A DNA stretch of 64,000 bases from Bdellovibrionaceae bacterium UBA6502. Lineage in GTDB: Bacteria > Bdellovibrionota > Bdellovibrionia > Bdellovibrionales > UBA840. This document shows positions 28,991 to 38,773 of the stretch, in pieces. The DNA lies in contig DJMA01000028.1 of assembly GCA_002436415.1 (NCBI GenBank), forward strand, positions 67,628-131,627, read 5' to 3'. The position numbers were made by a program, and so were the translations under genes. Each line of letters starts with the position of its first letter. Within the stretch, counting starts at the first letter, position 1. The notes beneath the pieces were generated by a model, which saw only the letters and a list, made by a program, of their open reading frames with translations, did no database searches and was not told the origin of the DNA.

Positions 28991-29704
28991 ATGGCTAGAA
29001 TACTAGTAGTGGACGACAGTGAACAGTCTTTAAATCTTCTGAGAAAAATGCTCAGCGATGAAGGGCATGAAGTTCACTTAGCCAAAGAAGCCTTTGAGGC
29101 AATGGACTACTTAGATCGCTTTGCTTTTGATCTGATGCTTCTAGATGTTAATATGCCATTTAAAGATGGTTTTAGTACATTAAAAACCCTAAAAGAGACC
29201 ATTCGCTATAAAATGATGCCCATAGCAATGATTACCGGTAGATCTGAGCCAAGAGACGTTAAGAAAGCCATTTCTCTGGGAGCAGATTCTTATATCGTTA
29301 AGCCTTTCGAAAAAACTGATATAATTCCAAAGCTAAATAAGCTTCTTAACAAAGAGACTACAAAAATCAGTTATCAACTTGAGCTAAGCAACACCTCTCC
29401 GTTTGCTGGTGGTGCTTTGTGTATGTCCTCTGAAATCAAAATCCAGGAGATTACTGACAGCTCAGTAATGATCCTAACCGACATGCCTCTTCAACAAGAT
29501 AAAGATATACTTTTCAACTGCCCGGTTTTTGAAAGGCTTGGAATCCCAGCGCAAAAAATGAAAATCAGTACCTGTAAAAAACAAGAAGATAAAATGTTTT
29601 GCGCAAGGTTAATTTATAAAAGCATACAGCCAGAGAGCATACAAAAACTCAGAAACTGGATCTTGTCGCAAAAAAATGCCAAACGACTCGAGAACGCTGG
29701 ATAG
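28991..29704 (+). CDS. Response regulator with uncharacterised C-terminal domain
   Basis: REC: ILVVDDS, LMLLDVNMPFKDG, MITGR, IVKPF. The C-terminal part of about 110 aa is beta-rich and possibly PilZ-like, but no RxxxR motif was seen. Confidence 0.75.
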   Translation: MARILVVDDSEQSLNLLRKMLSDEGHEVHLAKEAFEAMDYLDRFAFDLMLLDVNMPFKDGFSTLKTLKETIRYKMMPIAMITGRSEPRDVKKAISLGADSYIVKPFEKTDIIPKLNKLLNKETTKISYQLELSNTSPFAGGALCMSSEIKIQEITDSSVMILTDMPLQQDKDILFNCPVFERLGIPAQKMKISTCKKQEDKMFCARLIYKSIQPESIQKLRNWILSQKNAKRLENAG

Positions 29705-29709
29705 ATTAG

Positions 29710-30303
29710 ATGAGCGTCTCCTTTCATAAAGAAAAAGCTAGAGTCGTACTTACAGGCGGCCCAGGTGGTGGTAAAACTACTGCTGCAGAATTATTAAAAA
29801 GAGAATTCAGAGAAGAAGTGGTATTAGTTCCTGAAGCAGCTACACTATTGTTTACTGGGGGATTTCCACGCTCAAAAGACCCTTTAATTTTAGAGGCAAC
29901 TCAGAAAGCTATATATGAAGTACAAAAGAGCCTTGAAGATGTACAAAAGCTTCACTACCCAGGTCGTCACCTATTATGCGACAGGGGTACGCTAGATAGC
30001 GCAATATATTGGCCTCACGGCCCTGAAAATTTTCTTGAAAAAATGGGTTCCAATATTGATGCAGAATTAAATCGCTATTCAGCTGTTGTATTTTTTCAAT
30101 CTGCAGCTGTGGGTAACTCTGCCATTGATGATGGGAACCCAGTACGAAATGAGAACCTTTCTGAAGCAAAAGAACTAGACCGACAGCTTTTTGAGATTTG
30201 GTCAAAACACCCAAACTTTTACCACATTCCCCATGAAAATAGCTTTTTTGAAAAAATCAAAAAAGCTTTTCATCAAATTGAAAAAATTTGTAAGGAATAT
30301 TAG
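29710..30303 (+). CDS. P-loop NTPase (AAA_28/NadR-like ATPase family)
   Basis: Walker A GGPGGGKTT near the N-terminus, Walker B-like LLCDRG, 197 aa. 5-nt gap after the preceding gene. Confidence 0.6.
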   Translation: MSVSFHKEKARVVLTGGPGGGKTTAAELLKREFREEVVLVPEAATLLFTGGFPRSKDPLILEATQKAIYEVQKSLEDVQKLHYPGRHLLCDRGTLDSAIYWPHGPENFLEKMGSNIDAELNRYSAVVFFQSAAVGNSAIDDGNPVRNENLSEAKELDRQLFEIWSKHPNFYHIPHENSFFEKIKKAFHQIEKICKEY

Positions 30304-31316
30304 AATACTCTAGTGGGTTTTACCAAAAGAGCATCCGCAAGATTAACCTTAATGGCTTTTACTTTCTTAATATTCAAAGCCTTCATATAGCCTGTTACCA
30401 AAGCCAAATTGCTAATTTCAGTACTAGCGTACTTGCTATCGATTTCTTTGTCGCTTAAGTTAGATCGTTTTTGCAAAGCTAAATCAATGTCCTCAGAACT
30501 ATACTCATCAGAGCCAACTTGGTTTCGAATGGAATAGTAATGAACTCCTCCGACACCAATCACTTTTCGATCTGAAATGATTGATTTCATTTTTTCATTT
30601 ACATCTTTTGCCGCAAAATCCTTTGCCTTCTTAACGGCTTCTAGGCTTGTAATTGGCCCTAAGGGATTGGGAGAATTAATCTTTGATACCGATTTATTTT
30701 GAAGCTTAGAAATGATCATTTCTTTAAATCCAACCGAAGCCATTTCCCCTAAGTAAGTGGGGAATTCTTCCTTGTCTTTGCTAATCATTTGCATGCTTCC
30801 GCCACCAATATCCCAAACCACAGCCTCGTCCTCTTCTAATGAAAGACGATCAACAGCTCCCCAATAAGCTAGCTGCGCTTCCTGATCGTTGGAAATTACT
30901 TTTATAGTCAGGCCAAGTTTTTGAGAAATCTCTTTAATAAAGATTCGGCCGTTATCCGCCTTACGAAAGGCCGAGGTTGCTACTCCATTGATTTCCGTAG
31001 CTCCTAGGGCAAGCGCTTTTTCTTTTAGTATTGAAAGTTCCTTTAAAGCTTTATCGTAAATTCTTTTTCCTAAGACATTACGGCTAGACTTCGCAAGGGA
31101 TTCTTTAAACTCAATGTTCACGCTATCATCGAATAGAATTTCTGAAATTTGGTTTTTGCAGGTGTCGACATTTGCCACTTTCATTTTTGTAGAACCAGAG
31201 CCTACATCCAATGCGGCTCGTTTTATAAAACACTCAGGCTTGGATTTTTCTGATAAACTTGAACACGATACAAATACAATACTTAATAATGTCAGAAAAA
31301 CGATTTTAGTTTTCAA
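30300..31316 (-). CDS. Ppx/GppA-family (ASKHA) phosphatase with lipoprotein signal
   Basis: Lipobox ...SIVFVSC at the N-terminus. ASKHA phosphate-1 motif AALDVGSGSTKMKVA and a later WDIGGGSMQ motif, typical of Ppx/GppA. Confidence 0.7.
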   Translation of the reverse strand: MKTKIVFLTLLSIVFVSCSSLSEKSKPECFIKRAALDVGSGSTKMKVANVDTCKNQISEILFDDSVNIEFKESLAKSSRNVLGKRIYDKALKELSILKEKALALGATEINGVATSAFRKADNGRIFIKEISQKLGLTIKVISNDQEAQLAYWGAVDRLSLEEDEAVVWDIGGGSMQMISKDKEEFPTYLGEMASVGFKEMIISKLQNKSVSKINSPNPLGPITSLEAVKKAKDFAAKDVNEKMKSIISDRKVIGVGGVHYYSIRNQVGSDEYSSEDIDLALQKRSNLSDKEIDSKYASTEISNLALVTGYMKALNIKKVKAIKVNLADALLVKPTRVF

Positions 31317-31328
31317 TGATGTCTCCTG

Positions 31329-33767
31329 CTATTTTGCCGATCTCCTACAAGAATTTGGCTTATTTTCGTTTAATCTTAGTTCCTGTCTAGAGGATGTAGT
31401 AACATCTTTAGGAGCCTCTGCTGCTGCACTAGAAACACCAATGGCTACACTAGCCACCGCAACCGCCTTGGCCGCTTTTCTAGAGACTGCCTTTAACGAC
31501 CTAGCTGATGCCATGAAAGCGGATTTGCTCATTTTAAATGTGCCTTTTCCAGCCCACATCATGCCCTGGCCTAATTGCTTGATAGTATCAAGTCCCTCTT
31601 TGCTAGTCTGAACAAAGGCAAAAGAGGCTAAGTCTAATGCTGCATTACTGGTTTTTAAAACTGGTTTAACCACTGGAAAATTAACCGCAGTTTCATAAGT
31701 CATACGAGCGGACACATCAAAGTATGGAATCTTCGCCAGAAGATTGTAACCGCCCTTTAAAACAGTTTTTAAATAAGGAACACGACGAATGATCGCGTTA
31801 CTAGAATCTTCGAACTTAGAATTCTCCCAAGCCTCTCTGTACTGAAGGGCGTACTTTTCAAAGTCTTTTAAAGAACGACCTCTATGATCACTTATGATTT
31901 CGCCCTTAGAATTTCTTTTAAATTGATCACGATAAGTTAAGTAGTATTCCTTGATACTAGCATTTCTCATTCTTGATTTTGGCTTTTTGGCCTCATTTTG
32001 AATTTGATTATATAGACTGCCCTTTAGCTTTCTAAACTGTCTATCTACATATGCCATGGTAATTTTGTGGTAAATCGGCACTACCCCAGGATAAGCGATC
32101 CAGCCAAATGGAATATTATAAGCTGCAACCACAAAACTAATGTTTAACAAGTGCATTAACTTAAAAACAGTTCCATAGAGTTGATAGAGCTGCGTATCCA
32201 CACCGGTTTGTTGAATTTTTGTATCGATATTCTTTCCACCAAACCATGGAATTTCAAAGTTTCCGTAACTTAAGCCAGCTGCTTTTCTAAAGCGCGGAAT
32301 TTCCATAGACCAAACTTTAAATGGTCCTTTCATCACCATATTGGCAAAAATGGTAACCCACAACCACATCATTTCACCCATCTGTTCGCCACCAGCAAAT
32401 GGGAATAAAAATTCTGGGCCGTAGTACAAACTACCAAACAAGGCACCATAAGAAAGTGCGATCCCCCAGCTTTTGATGTTTCTAGCAAGAGGTGAACCAA
32501 TATAAGCCCAGTTTTGATATAACTTAGTTAAAGTACCGATGATCACACCAAAATAAAGCGAAGAATATGCAAGGGCTTCGATCTTTTCAGGATTAGGTTC
32601 CATCCCTGGGATCATTGTTTCGGCATAACCTAAAGCGTGAGTAATACCGAACTGTAAAAAACCAGAAAATAAACCTAAAAGGTAATCACCCGTCAAAAGA
32701 ACCTTTAACTTCTTTAGACCAGGCTCCTGCCAGTACTCATCATTCATTTGAGGTTTTTCCCAAATGGAATACCAGTAGTTTTTCCAGTATTCGCGATCTA
32801 GCTTAGAACGAGGTCTTTCAAAGCTTTCTGTTTCAACATGACTGCCATTACGAACAAAAATAAAAGTGATATCTCTGCCGAAAGCATTAGCTAGGAAACT
32901 ACTGCTTTCTTGCACAACAGGTGCTTTAATATAATTTTTCCACCAAGGACGTTTCTTCAACTCCCCAGCGTCTTCTGTTAATACGTCTTTAAGAATATCA
33001 TCCACTTCTGGATTTACATGCTTCTCATCTTTGTTAGCACCTGACAGAATCAGCTGACTTGCTTTAAACTTTCTAATTTCAAAGGAGATTTTTTTTCTTC
33101 TTAATAACTCTCTATCAGATAGTTTCTCACCAAACTCATCATGACTAACTTCTAGCTGGTCTAAAGGAATTTGGTCTAAATCAAAAATAAAGTATGCTTT
33201 TTGCGTTTTATCAGAAACGATTCTCGCAAAAGGAACAGCAAATTCACCAGTGCCTAAAGCGGTGTACTCAAATCTTCCTAAGTTTTTTACTTCCCCAGAA
33301 ACGCTTAATTTTTCATTTCTTGAGGCAATATTTCTTCGAAGTTGTTCGCGACCAATTTTATCCGCCCACTTCTCTTCTTCTTCCTTCATGACACTAAGAA
33401 TTTTCATTAAATCTTTTGCGTCTTGCGCTGGCTCTTTAAAATAGGTTTCAGCAATTTGCTTGTGTTCTTCGGTGAAGAGATCATCGAAATTTTCTAAATT
33501 CTCGATGTCCATACCTTCAGGGAGATTTAATATTGGTAATTGAGAGCTTCTTGAACTTTGCGCGAAAGCAGTGCTCGCTGGAATCATTCCCAACATCAAA
33601 CTGAAAATAATTAAGAAACTTGTAAAATCTCGAAAAAAGTTAAGCGCAAACCTTTTCGTTTTCAAAGCAATCCCCCGGTCATTTCCACTAGTAAAACTAG
33701 ATAAAATTTTGCTTTTATTTATTCCCTTTAACAACACACCCATTACCACTCCAGCTCTCACACACAC
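31329..33767 (-). CDS. Large polytopic membrane protein, hypothetical (812 aa)
   Basis: N-terminal signal/TM, soluble Lys/Glu-rich segment, central block of several hydrophobic helices (GLFSGFLQFGITHALGY, LYFGVIIGTL, MWLWVTIFANMV ...). Ala/Val-rich C-terminal tail. The exact start is uncertain. Confidence 0.6.
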   Translation of the reverse strand: MCVRAGVVMGVLLKGINKSKILSSFTSGNDRGIALKTKRFALNFFRDFTSFLIIFSLMLGMIPASTAFAQSSRSSQLPILNLPEGMDIENLENFDDLFTEEHKQIAETYFKEPAQDAKDLMKILSVMKEEEEKWADKIGREQLRRNIASRNEKLSVSGEVKNLGRFEYTALGTGEFAVPFARIVSDKTQKAYFIFDLDQIPLDQLEVSHDEFGEKLSDRELLRRKKISFEIRKFKASQLILSGANKDEKHVNPEVDDILKDVLTEDAGELKKRPWWKNYIKAPVVQESSSFLANAFGRDITFIFVRNGSHVETESFERPRSKLDREYWKNYWYSIWEKPQMNDEYWQEPGLKKLKVLLTGDYLLGLFSGFLQFGITHALGYAETMIPGMEPNPEKIEALAYSSLYFGVIIGTLTKLYQNWAYIGSPLARNIKSWGIALSYGALFGSLYYGPEFLFPFAGGEQMGEMMWLWVTIFANMVMKGPFKVWSMEIPRFRKAAGLSYGNFEIPWFGGKNIDTKIQQTGVDTQLYQLYGTVFKLMHLLNISFVVAAYNIPFGWIAYPGVVPIYHKITMAYVDRQFRKLKGSLYNQIQNEAKKPKSRMRNASIKEYYLTYRDQFKRNSKGEIISDHRGRSLKDFEKYALQYREAWENSKFEDSSNAIIRRVPYLKTVLKGGYNLLAKIPYFDVSARMTYETAVNFPVVKPVLKTSNAALDLASFAFVQTSKEGLDTIKQLGQGMMWAGKGTFKMSKSAFMASARSLKAVSRKAAKAVAVASVAIGVSSAAAEAPKDVTTSSRQELRLNENKPNSCRRSAK

Positions 33768-33792
33768 CCAAAAAAAGAACTAAATTTTTCTA

Positions 33793-33820
33793 CAAAAAAA
33801 GGCACCACAAATGGGTGCCT
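33793..33820 (-). terminator. Rho-independent terminator after phnD-like gene
   Basis: On the - strand: aggcacc-catttgt-ggtgcct followed by T7. Confidence 0.8.
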
Positions 33821-33825
33821 AACAA

Positions 33826-34803
33826 TTATTTTTTCTTAATAAGTTGCATAACGTCGAAGTCAGACTCCTGGAACATTTTGCGAACAGGCTTATAATCTTC
33901 GTCGTTCGCTTTAACCATGCCAGTAATGCTATATAACTTCATAAGTACATCTTTGCCCGATGGAGTTTTAACGTATTCGATCACTCCCTCTTGCAAGGCT
34001 GTTTTAACTTTCTCGTAAAGTTCCTTGTCTTTGTAGAGATTGTCACGGATTACCCATGGAGCATTTGGAATGTCACGAGAGAACCCAATGATTTTAACCT
34101 TCTCACCGACGTCCGGAAATTGCGTCATAATGCGCTTACGAGCATCCATGATTTTTCCATCTTCTGGTGGAGAGTAGTAAGTAGCACCAGCATCAACCTG
34201 ACCTTGGTAAACCATGGTAGCTACCGTGTCGTGACGGCCTGCGAAGATTTCTTCGCCAAGTTTGATACCTTTTTCTTTAAACATTATAGAAGGAAGAATG
34301 TATCCAGAAGTACTTGCTGGATCTGTATAAGCAAATTTCTTCCCTTTAAGATCTTCAATGGAGTTAATCCCAGAATCTGCTCTCGCAAGAATTTGCGCCT
34401 TGTAAGAAGTCTCGTCATGTCCACGAACTACCTTTAACAAAGCCTCACTAGGATATTTTTTCTTATCTTTTAAAAGAATGTAGCTAAAAGTATTTAGGGC
34501 TGCGAAATCAGCTCTACCCGTTCCGAAAGCTTCAACAACAGCGATATAAGAAGTAGGTACGCTTGATTTAATGTAAAAACCTTCATCTTTACCATAGAGT
34601 CTTTGGCTTACGAATTTTTCGAGGAATCTAGAAACATCTTTAGCATTTAAAGCGATTTCACGAGTGTCATCCGAAGGGATGAAAAACATTTTTAGTGGAT
34701 TTGACTTAGCACCGACTTTTTCTTCTTTACGCGTACAAGAAGCTAAGCTTCCCAACGCCAAACTACCAGCAAGAGCTATGGTAGCGATTCTTTTAAAACT
34801 CAT
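33826..34803 (-). CDS. phnD: Phosphonate/phosphite-type ABC transporter substrate-binding lipoprotein (PhnD family)
   Basis: Lipoprotein signal MSFKRIATIALAGSLALGSLASC. PhnD-like blocks (FAALNTFSY, FAYTDPASTSGY, HDTVATMVYQGQVDAGA). Start moved to ATG 34803, because the 51 upstream codons of the track ORF have no signal-peptide logic. Confidence 0.8.
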   Translation of the reverse strand: MSFKRIATIALAGSLALGSLASCTRKEEKVGAKSNPLKMFFIPSDDTREIALNAKDVSRFLEKFVSQRLYGKDEGFYIKSSVPTSYIAVVEAFGTGRADFAALNTFSYILLKDKKKYPSEALLKVVRGHDETSYKAQILARADSGINSIEDLKGKKFAYTDPASTSGYILPSIMFKEKGIKLGEEIFAGRHDTVATMVYQGQVDAGATYYSPPEDGKIMDARKRIMTQFPDVGEKVKIIGFSRDIPNAPWVIRDNLYKDKELYEKVKTALQEGVIEYVKTPSGKDVLMKLYSITGMVKANDEDYKPVRKMFQESDFDVMQLIKKK

Positions 34804-35116
34804 AACACACACCCTTATTTTGATAACAGCGCTTTTTATGCACCGAGACAAAACCTTAGTCAATTTATCGACAAGCTCTTTATAAGGAATACTGCCCCTA
34901 AAAGTAAAGAGCAGATAAAAACTTCTTATCTTTCTGGTAATCATTTCAAAAAGCATTAGAATTGATAGACAAAAACAAATGATTTTAGTGGGTTGTCTAA
35001 GCTAGATTCGTTTATAAATATTGAAAATAATAAGAATTTTACCGGATAAGACTTGTAATTTTTTATCAAAAACCAGGTCTTATATTACAACAAGCAATTT
35101 GCCAGCAGGAGGCTAT

Positions 35117-35893
35117 ATGATTTCGTTAAAAAACCCTATCCTCAGCTTTTTGAGTTTCTTCTTATTTTTTACCAGTAATTTAATGGCCCAAGATTTCTTT
35201 AAGACGGAAGACTTTCATTTTGCCTTGGGTGCAAACTACACATCTTTGAGTCAAAAACGAGGCATTATAACCAACAAAGGATATCTAGTTCTTCCACTTT
35301 ACTCCATCAACCTATTTAATCCAGATCTAGTTCTTGCTGGATCTTCCCTGTATTTCAAACAGAAACTCTCAGATAGCCAGGCGCTGCGTTTTCGGTTCCA
35401 GTCAAATGCGACCGGAGATCATCCTCTCTACTACACCACCGAAAAAGAAGAAGAGCGAATTCGCAGAGAAAAAACCTCAGAACTATCTTTTTACTATGAG
35501 ATTTCAAGTGAAGAAAACTCACACCTTAGAATTCAATACAGTAAAGACCTAAAGGCTCATAAAGGCGCTTATGTCGAGCTATACACTCACCTAAGTTTAT
35601 TTGATCTTTACACCAAAAACTCAAAAAGACTGGCTCAACTAGGTATTTTCGCAAGCATTGGTGGTGGTGATAAAAAACACAACGAATACCTGTATGGCGG
35701 AAATTTTGATTCTTTTCAGGAGAGTAATTACCAGATAGGAATTGCTATATTGAGCCCCGATGTGATTGATCAATTCTGGCCCACATTAAAAATTACGAAA
35801 TTTGGCTTACTAGGCGAAGCAAAATCAGGTTCTTATGTTGATGAAACGGATGGCATTAGCTTAGAGATTTTACTAGCCAAAAAACTGTTTTAG
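35117..35893 (+). CDS. Outer-membrane beta-barrel protein (possibly MipA/OmpV-like)
   Basis: AGGAGG RBS before the ATG at 35117. Signal peptide ...FFTSNLMA. Alternating amphipathic beta pattern and a C-terminal aromatic residue (KKLF). Confidence 0.55.
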   Translation: MISLKNPILSFLSFFLFFTSNLMAQDFFKTEDFHFALGANYTSLSQKRGIITNKGYLVLPLYSINLFNPDLVLAGSSLYFKQKLSDSQALRFRFQSNATGDHPLYYTTEKEEERIRREKTSELSFYYEISSEENSHLRIQYSKDLKAHKGAYVELYTHLSLFDLYTKNSKRLAQLGIFASIGGGDKKHNEYLYGGNFDSFQESNYQIGIAILSPDVIDQFWPTLKITKFGLLGEAKSGSYVDETDGISLEILLAKKLF

Positions 35894-36103
35894 CCTTCAA
35901 CACAAAAGAAATCAATTGGGCGAGGAAATTGTACCAAGATAATAGAATACAAATCAGTTGTCTTTCGGTGGGAATTCTTCGAGCATTTTTTTAAACGACT
36001 TCAAATAAGAACTAAGACTTTAAAGCCCGCGGATTAAAATCCATTAAAACACAATTTAGGCACAAGAGATAGATCCATAAAATCCAAACTTAGTGTTTTT
36101 ATC

Positions 36104-36134
36104 AAAAAAAAGACCTCTTTGAAGAGGCCTTTTA
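36104..36134. terminator. Bidirectional terminator (OMP gene / phnE)
   Basis: A8 - cctctt/aagagg hairpin - T4, located between the + gene ending at 35893 and the - gene ending at 36156. Confidence 0.6.
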
Positions 36135-36155
36135 TAAAAGATCAATTTTAAAAAC

Positions 36156-37184
36156 TTATTTGATACTTTCTCTAATTTTAGAGGAAAGAAAATCCATCAG
36201 CCAAACAACCGCAGCGATGATAATAATCAAAAGCCCCACTTCATTCCAACGCGCTAAACCTTGGAACTGCATTAGAAGAGTACCAATACCACCACCACCA
36301 ACAAGACCGATTACTGTGGCCATACGAACGTTGATATCCCAACGATAGATAGTGAAAGATAAAAATGGTAAAATCACCTGTGGAACCACACCATACCAAA
36401 TTACCTGGATTGGGTGAGCACCTGTAGCTGTCATTGCCTCTAGAGGACCTTCTGAGATATTTTCAATTTGCTCAGAGTAAAGCTTAGCTAAGCTCGAAAC
36501 AGAGTGAATCATCAATGCAAGCATCCCGGCAAAAGGACCAATCCCCACCCATACAGAGAAGATAATTGCCCAAACCAAAGGTTCAATGGAACGAGAAACG
36601 TTTAAGAAAAAACGAATCACATAATAAACAGTTAAGCCAAAACCAGAACCGTTCATCAAGTTTCTTGCCGCGAAAAAAGACAACAAAAATGCAAATGGCA
36701 AAGAAAAGGCCGTTGCAATGAAGGCCATATAAATGGTTTCGATTACAGCCAAGATACCTTGATCCAAAACTTCAAAGTTAGGATTTAAAAGGGCCGTGAA
36801 AATACGAGTGGCACCTTGAATCCCTGCTTGGCTAAAAAATTCGTAAAAACTAAGTTCTGTTACTAAAACACCAACATAGAATGTTACTGCCAAGATCACT
36901 AAACCTAAAATGGCATAAGGCTTTTGCCCAATCCCACGAGCCTTTGAAGTGTCGTATTCTTTTAGAAACATTTTACCAATAGAAAGTTTCGAAACGCGGT
37001 TTAAAATTAGACCAAGAATCAAACCAATTAGTAGAACCACACCAAAGCTGGCCCAATCAATTCCATTTTCCATCGTATGACGAGTGAAAATAAAAGAATC
37101 AATACAAAGTACAAGATAAGAAGCTAATAAAAAGTCGATTAATAATGTTTTGAATGCAGTAGATTTTTTCTTCATTTCAGTCAC
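36156..37184 (-). CDS. phnE: Phosphonate-type ABC transporter permease (PhnE family)
   Basis: Polytopic, with the characteristic PhnE C-terminal half (EAMTATGAHPIQVIWYGVVPQV, RWDINVRMATVIGLVGGGGIG). Confidence 0.85.
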   Translation of the reverse strand: MTEMKKKSTAFKTLLIDFLLASYLVLCIDSFIFTRHTMENGIDWASFGVVLLIGLILGLILNRVSKLSIGKMFLKEYDTSKARGIGQKPYAILGLVILAVTFYVGVLVTELSFYEFFSQAGIQGATRIFTALLNPNFEVLDQGILAVIETIYMAFIATAFSLPFAFLLSFFAARNLMNGSGFGLTVYYVIRFFLNVSRSIEPLVWAIIFSVWVGIGPFAGMLALMIHSVSSLAKLYSEQIENISEGPLEAMTATGAHPIQVIWYGVVPQVILPFLSFTIYRWDINVRMATVIGLVGGGGIGTLLMQFQGLARWNEVGLLIIIIAAVVWLMDFLSSKIRESIK

Positions 37185-37952
37185 CTAGTTGATCGTTACT
37201 TCTACAGCTTGTTCGCCATAAATACGTTTAAACCAATCTTCATCGATTTCGGAAGGGCTACCTTCAAACATTTTCTCTCCACCCTTAAGAGCCACAACGC
37301 GAGTTCCGTACTCTCTTACTAAAGATAGAAAGTGAAGATTACAAATCACTGTAATTCCATATTGTTGTTGAATTTTTCTTAGGTACTCCATCACTGAATG
37401 AGAAGTTGCTGGATCTAAGGAAGCCACTGGCTCATCGGCAAGTAAAACTTCAGGATCTTGCATCAATGCACGAGCGATTGAAACACGTTGTTGCTGACCA
37501 CCGGAAAGATTATCTGCACGATGCATTTCTTTTCCTTTAAGCCCAACCACTTCGATCAATTCTAAAGCCTTCTGACGATCAGCATCTGAGTACATATTGA
37601 AAACAGACTTAAAAATACTGGTACGAGATAATGTGCCGGTAAGTACGTTTTCTAAAACAGATTTTCTAGGTACTAAGTTAAAGTGTTGGAAAATCATTCC
37701 GATCTTAGAACGATATTGTCTAAGCTCACGGCCTTTTAAACTAACCACTGATTTACCTTTAAACTGAAGGTCTCCACCGGTTGGCTCATGAATTCTATTT
37801 AAACAGCGAAGCATTGTAGACTTACCTGAACCAGATAAACCAATGATCACTAAGAACTCACCTTTGTTAACATCGAAACTAACCCCTTTTAGGGCGCGGA
37901 CTCCATTGGGATAAGTTTTTTCTAACTTATCTAATTTAAATAGATTTTCCAT
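37185..37952 (-). CDS. phnC: Phosphonate-type ABC transporter ATP-binding protein (PhnC family)
   Basis: Walker A GLSGSGKST, signature LSGGQQQRVSIARAL, Walker B LLADEP. The stop abuts the phnE start. Confidence 0.9.
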   Translation of the reverse strand: MENLFKLDKLEKTYPNGVRALKGVSFDVNKGEFLVIIGLSGSGKSTMLRCLNRIHEPTGGDLQFKGKSVVSLKGRELRQYRSKIGMIFQHFNLVPRKSVLENVLTGTLSRTSIFKSVFNMYSDADRQKALELIEVVGLKGKEMHRADNLSGGQQQRVSIARALMQDPEVLLADEPVASLDPATSHSVMEYLRKIQQQYGITVICNLHFLSLVREYGTRVVALKGGEKMFEGSPSEIDEDWFKRIYGEQAVEVTIN

Positions 37953-37969
37953 ATTTTCCTCAGTAGGAC

Positions 37970-38773
37970 TTAACTCAGTTTTATAATGTGGTTGAATATA
38001 TCTTCATTTTTCAAAACGTCCAGTATTCTTTGGCTTTTCGCATCAAGGCTGTCTAAAAATTTTGCATAGCTAGGTCCGTCATACTTCCAAATTGCCGGAT
38101 CTAGCCAAATTTGTTCAGGATTTTGCAGATTTTTATAGTCAGGATTGATTTGTAGATCCTCGCTAAATACTTTGAAACAGGATAAAACTGAGCGAATGAT
38201 CTTTTCTCGTCGAGCTTCCTTATTGGGTTCACATTTAGGGGCAAGATCCAATCCACCTTTTTCCACACGTTTTTGAATATTTTCTAAATGCTGCTTAAGA
38301 TCTTTCGGAAGGAAATAAAATCCATCAACTTGGTAAGCAAACTTTCGAGCCTTCATCATATAGTAAACTCGCTGCAAACTAACATTGGTAATATCTAGTA
38401 AAATGGATTTACTTTGCGAGAGAGCTTCATCGAAAAGAAAATCAATTTTTTTAAAAACCACATCTCTCAACTCTGGTGCAAACACATGCTTTGCATCCCA
38501 AGGGTCTGGCTCTTGGTACTCCCCTCTCAATAACATTTTTTGATTTTTATCTTTTGCCTCTTTTAATATCTCTTGTCTTATATCATCACTACTTATTGTG
38601 ACAAAGTGTTCAGAATACTGCTTAAGATAAAAGGACTTTCCAGATCCGGGAATACCAATCGTTAGGAGAAGAAACTTTTCCTTAGCCAATTTTTTAGATT
38701 GGAAATATTGCTCTACTTTTTCTTGATTAGATATCACGAAGAATCTTGTCTTCCATTGCTGGATGATAAGCAA
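37970..38773 (-). CDS. P-loop kinase-like protein (AAA_33/polynucleotide-kinase-like N-domain + unknown C-domain)
   Basis: Walker A GIPGSGKSF about 40 aa from the N-terminus. The C-terminal part of about 100 aa is unassigned. An alternative GTG start at 38737 would overlap the upstream stop (coupling). Confidence 0.6.
   Translation of the reverse strand: MLIIQQWKTRFFVISNQEKVEQYFQSKKLAKEKFLLLTIGIPGSGKSFYLKQYSEHFVTISSDDIRQEILKEAKDKNQKMLLRGEYQEPDPWDAKHVFAPELRDVVFKKIDFLFDEALSQSKSILLDITNVSLQRVYYMMKARKFAYQVDGFYFLPKDLKQHLENIQKRVEKGGLDLAPKCEPNKEARREKIIRSVLSCFKVFSEDLQINPDYKNLQNPEQIWLDPAIWKYDGPSYAKFLDSLDAKSQRILDVLKNEDIFNHIIKLS

Noticed and set aside
29330-29704. PilZ-domain call for the C-terminal half of the 28991-29704 response regulator.
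   Set aside because: I could not find the RxxxR and D/NxSxxG c-di-GMP-binding motifs. The domain is left uncharacterised.
31114-31611. 165-aa + strand ORF spanning the junction of the Ppx/GppA-like gene and the 812-aa gene.
   Set aside because: It is antisense to two supported genes and crosses their intergenic gap, with no RBS.
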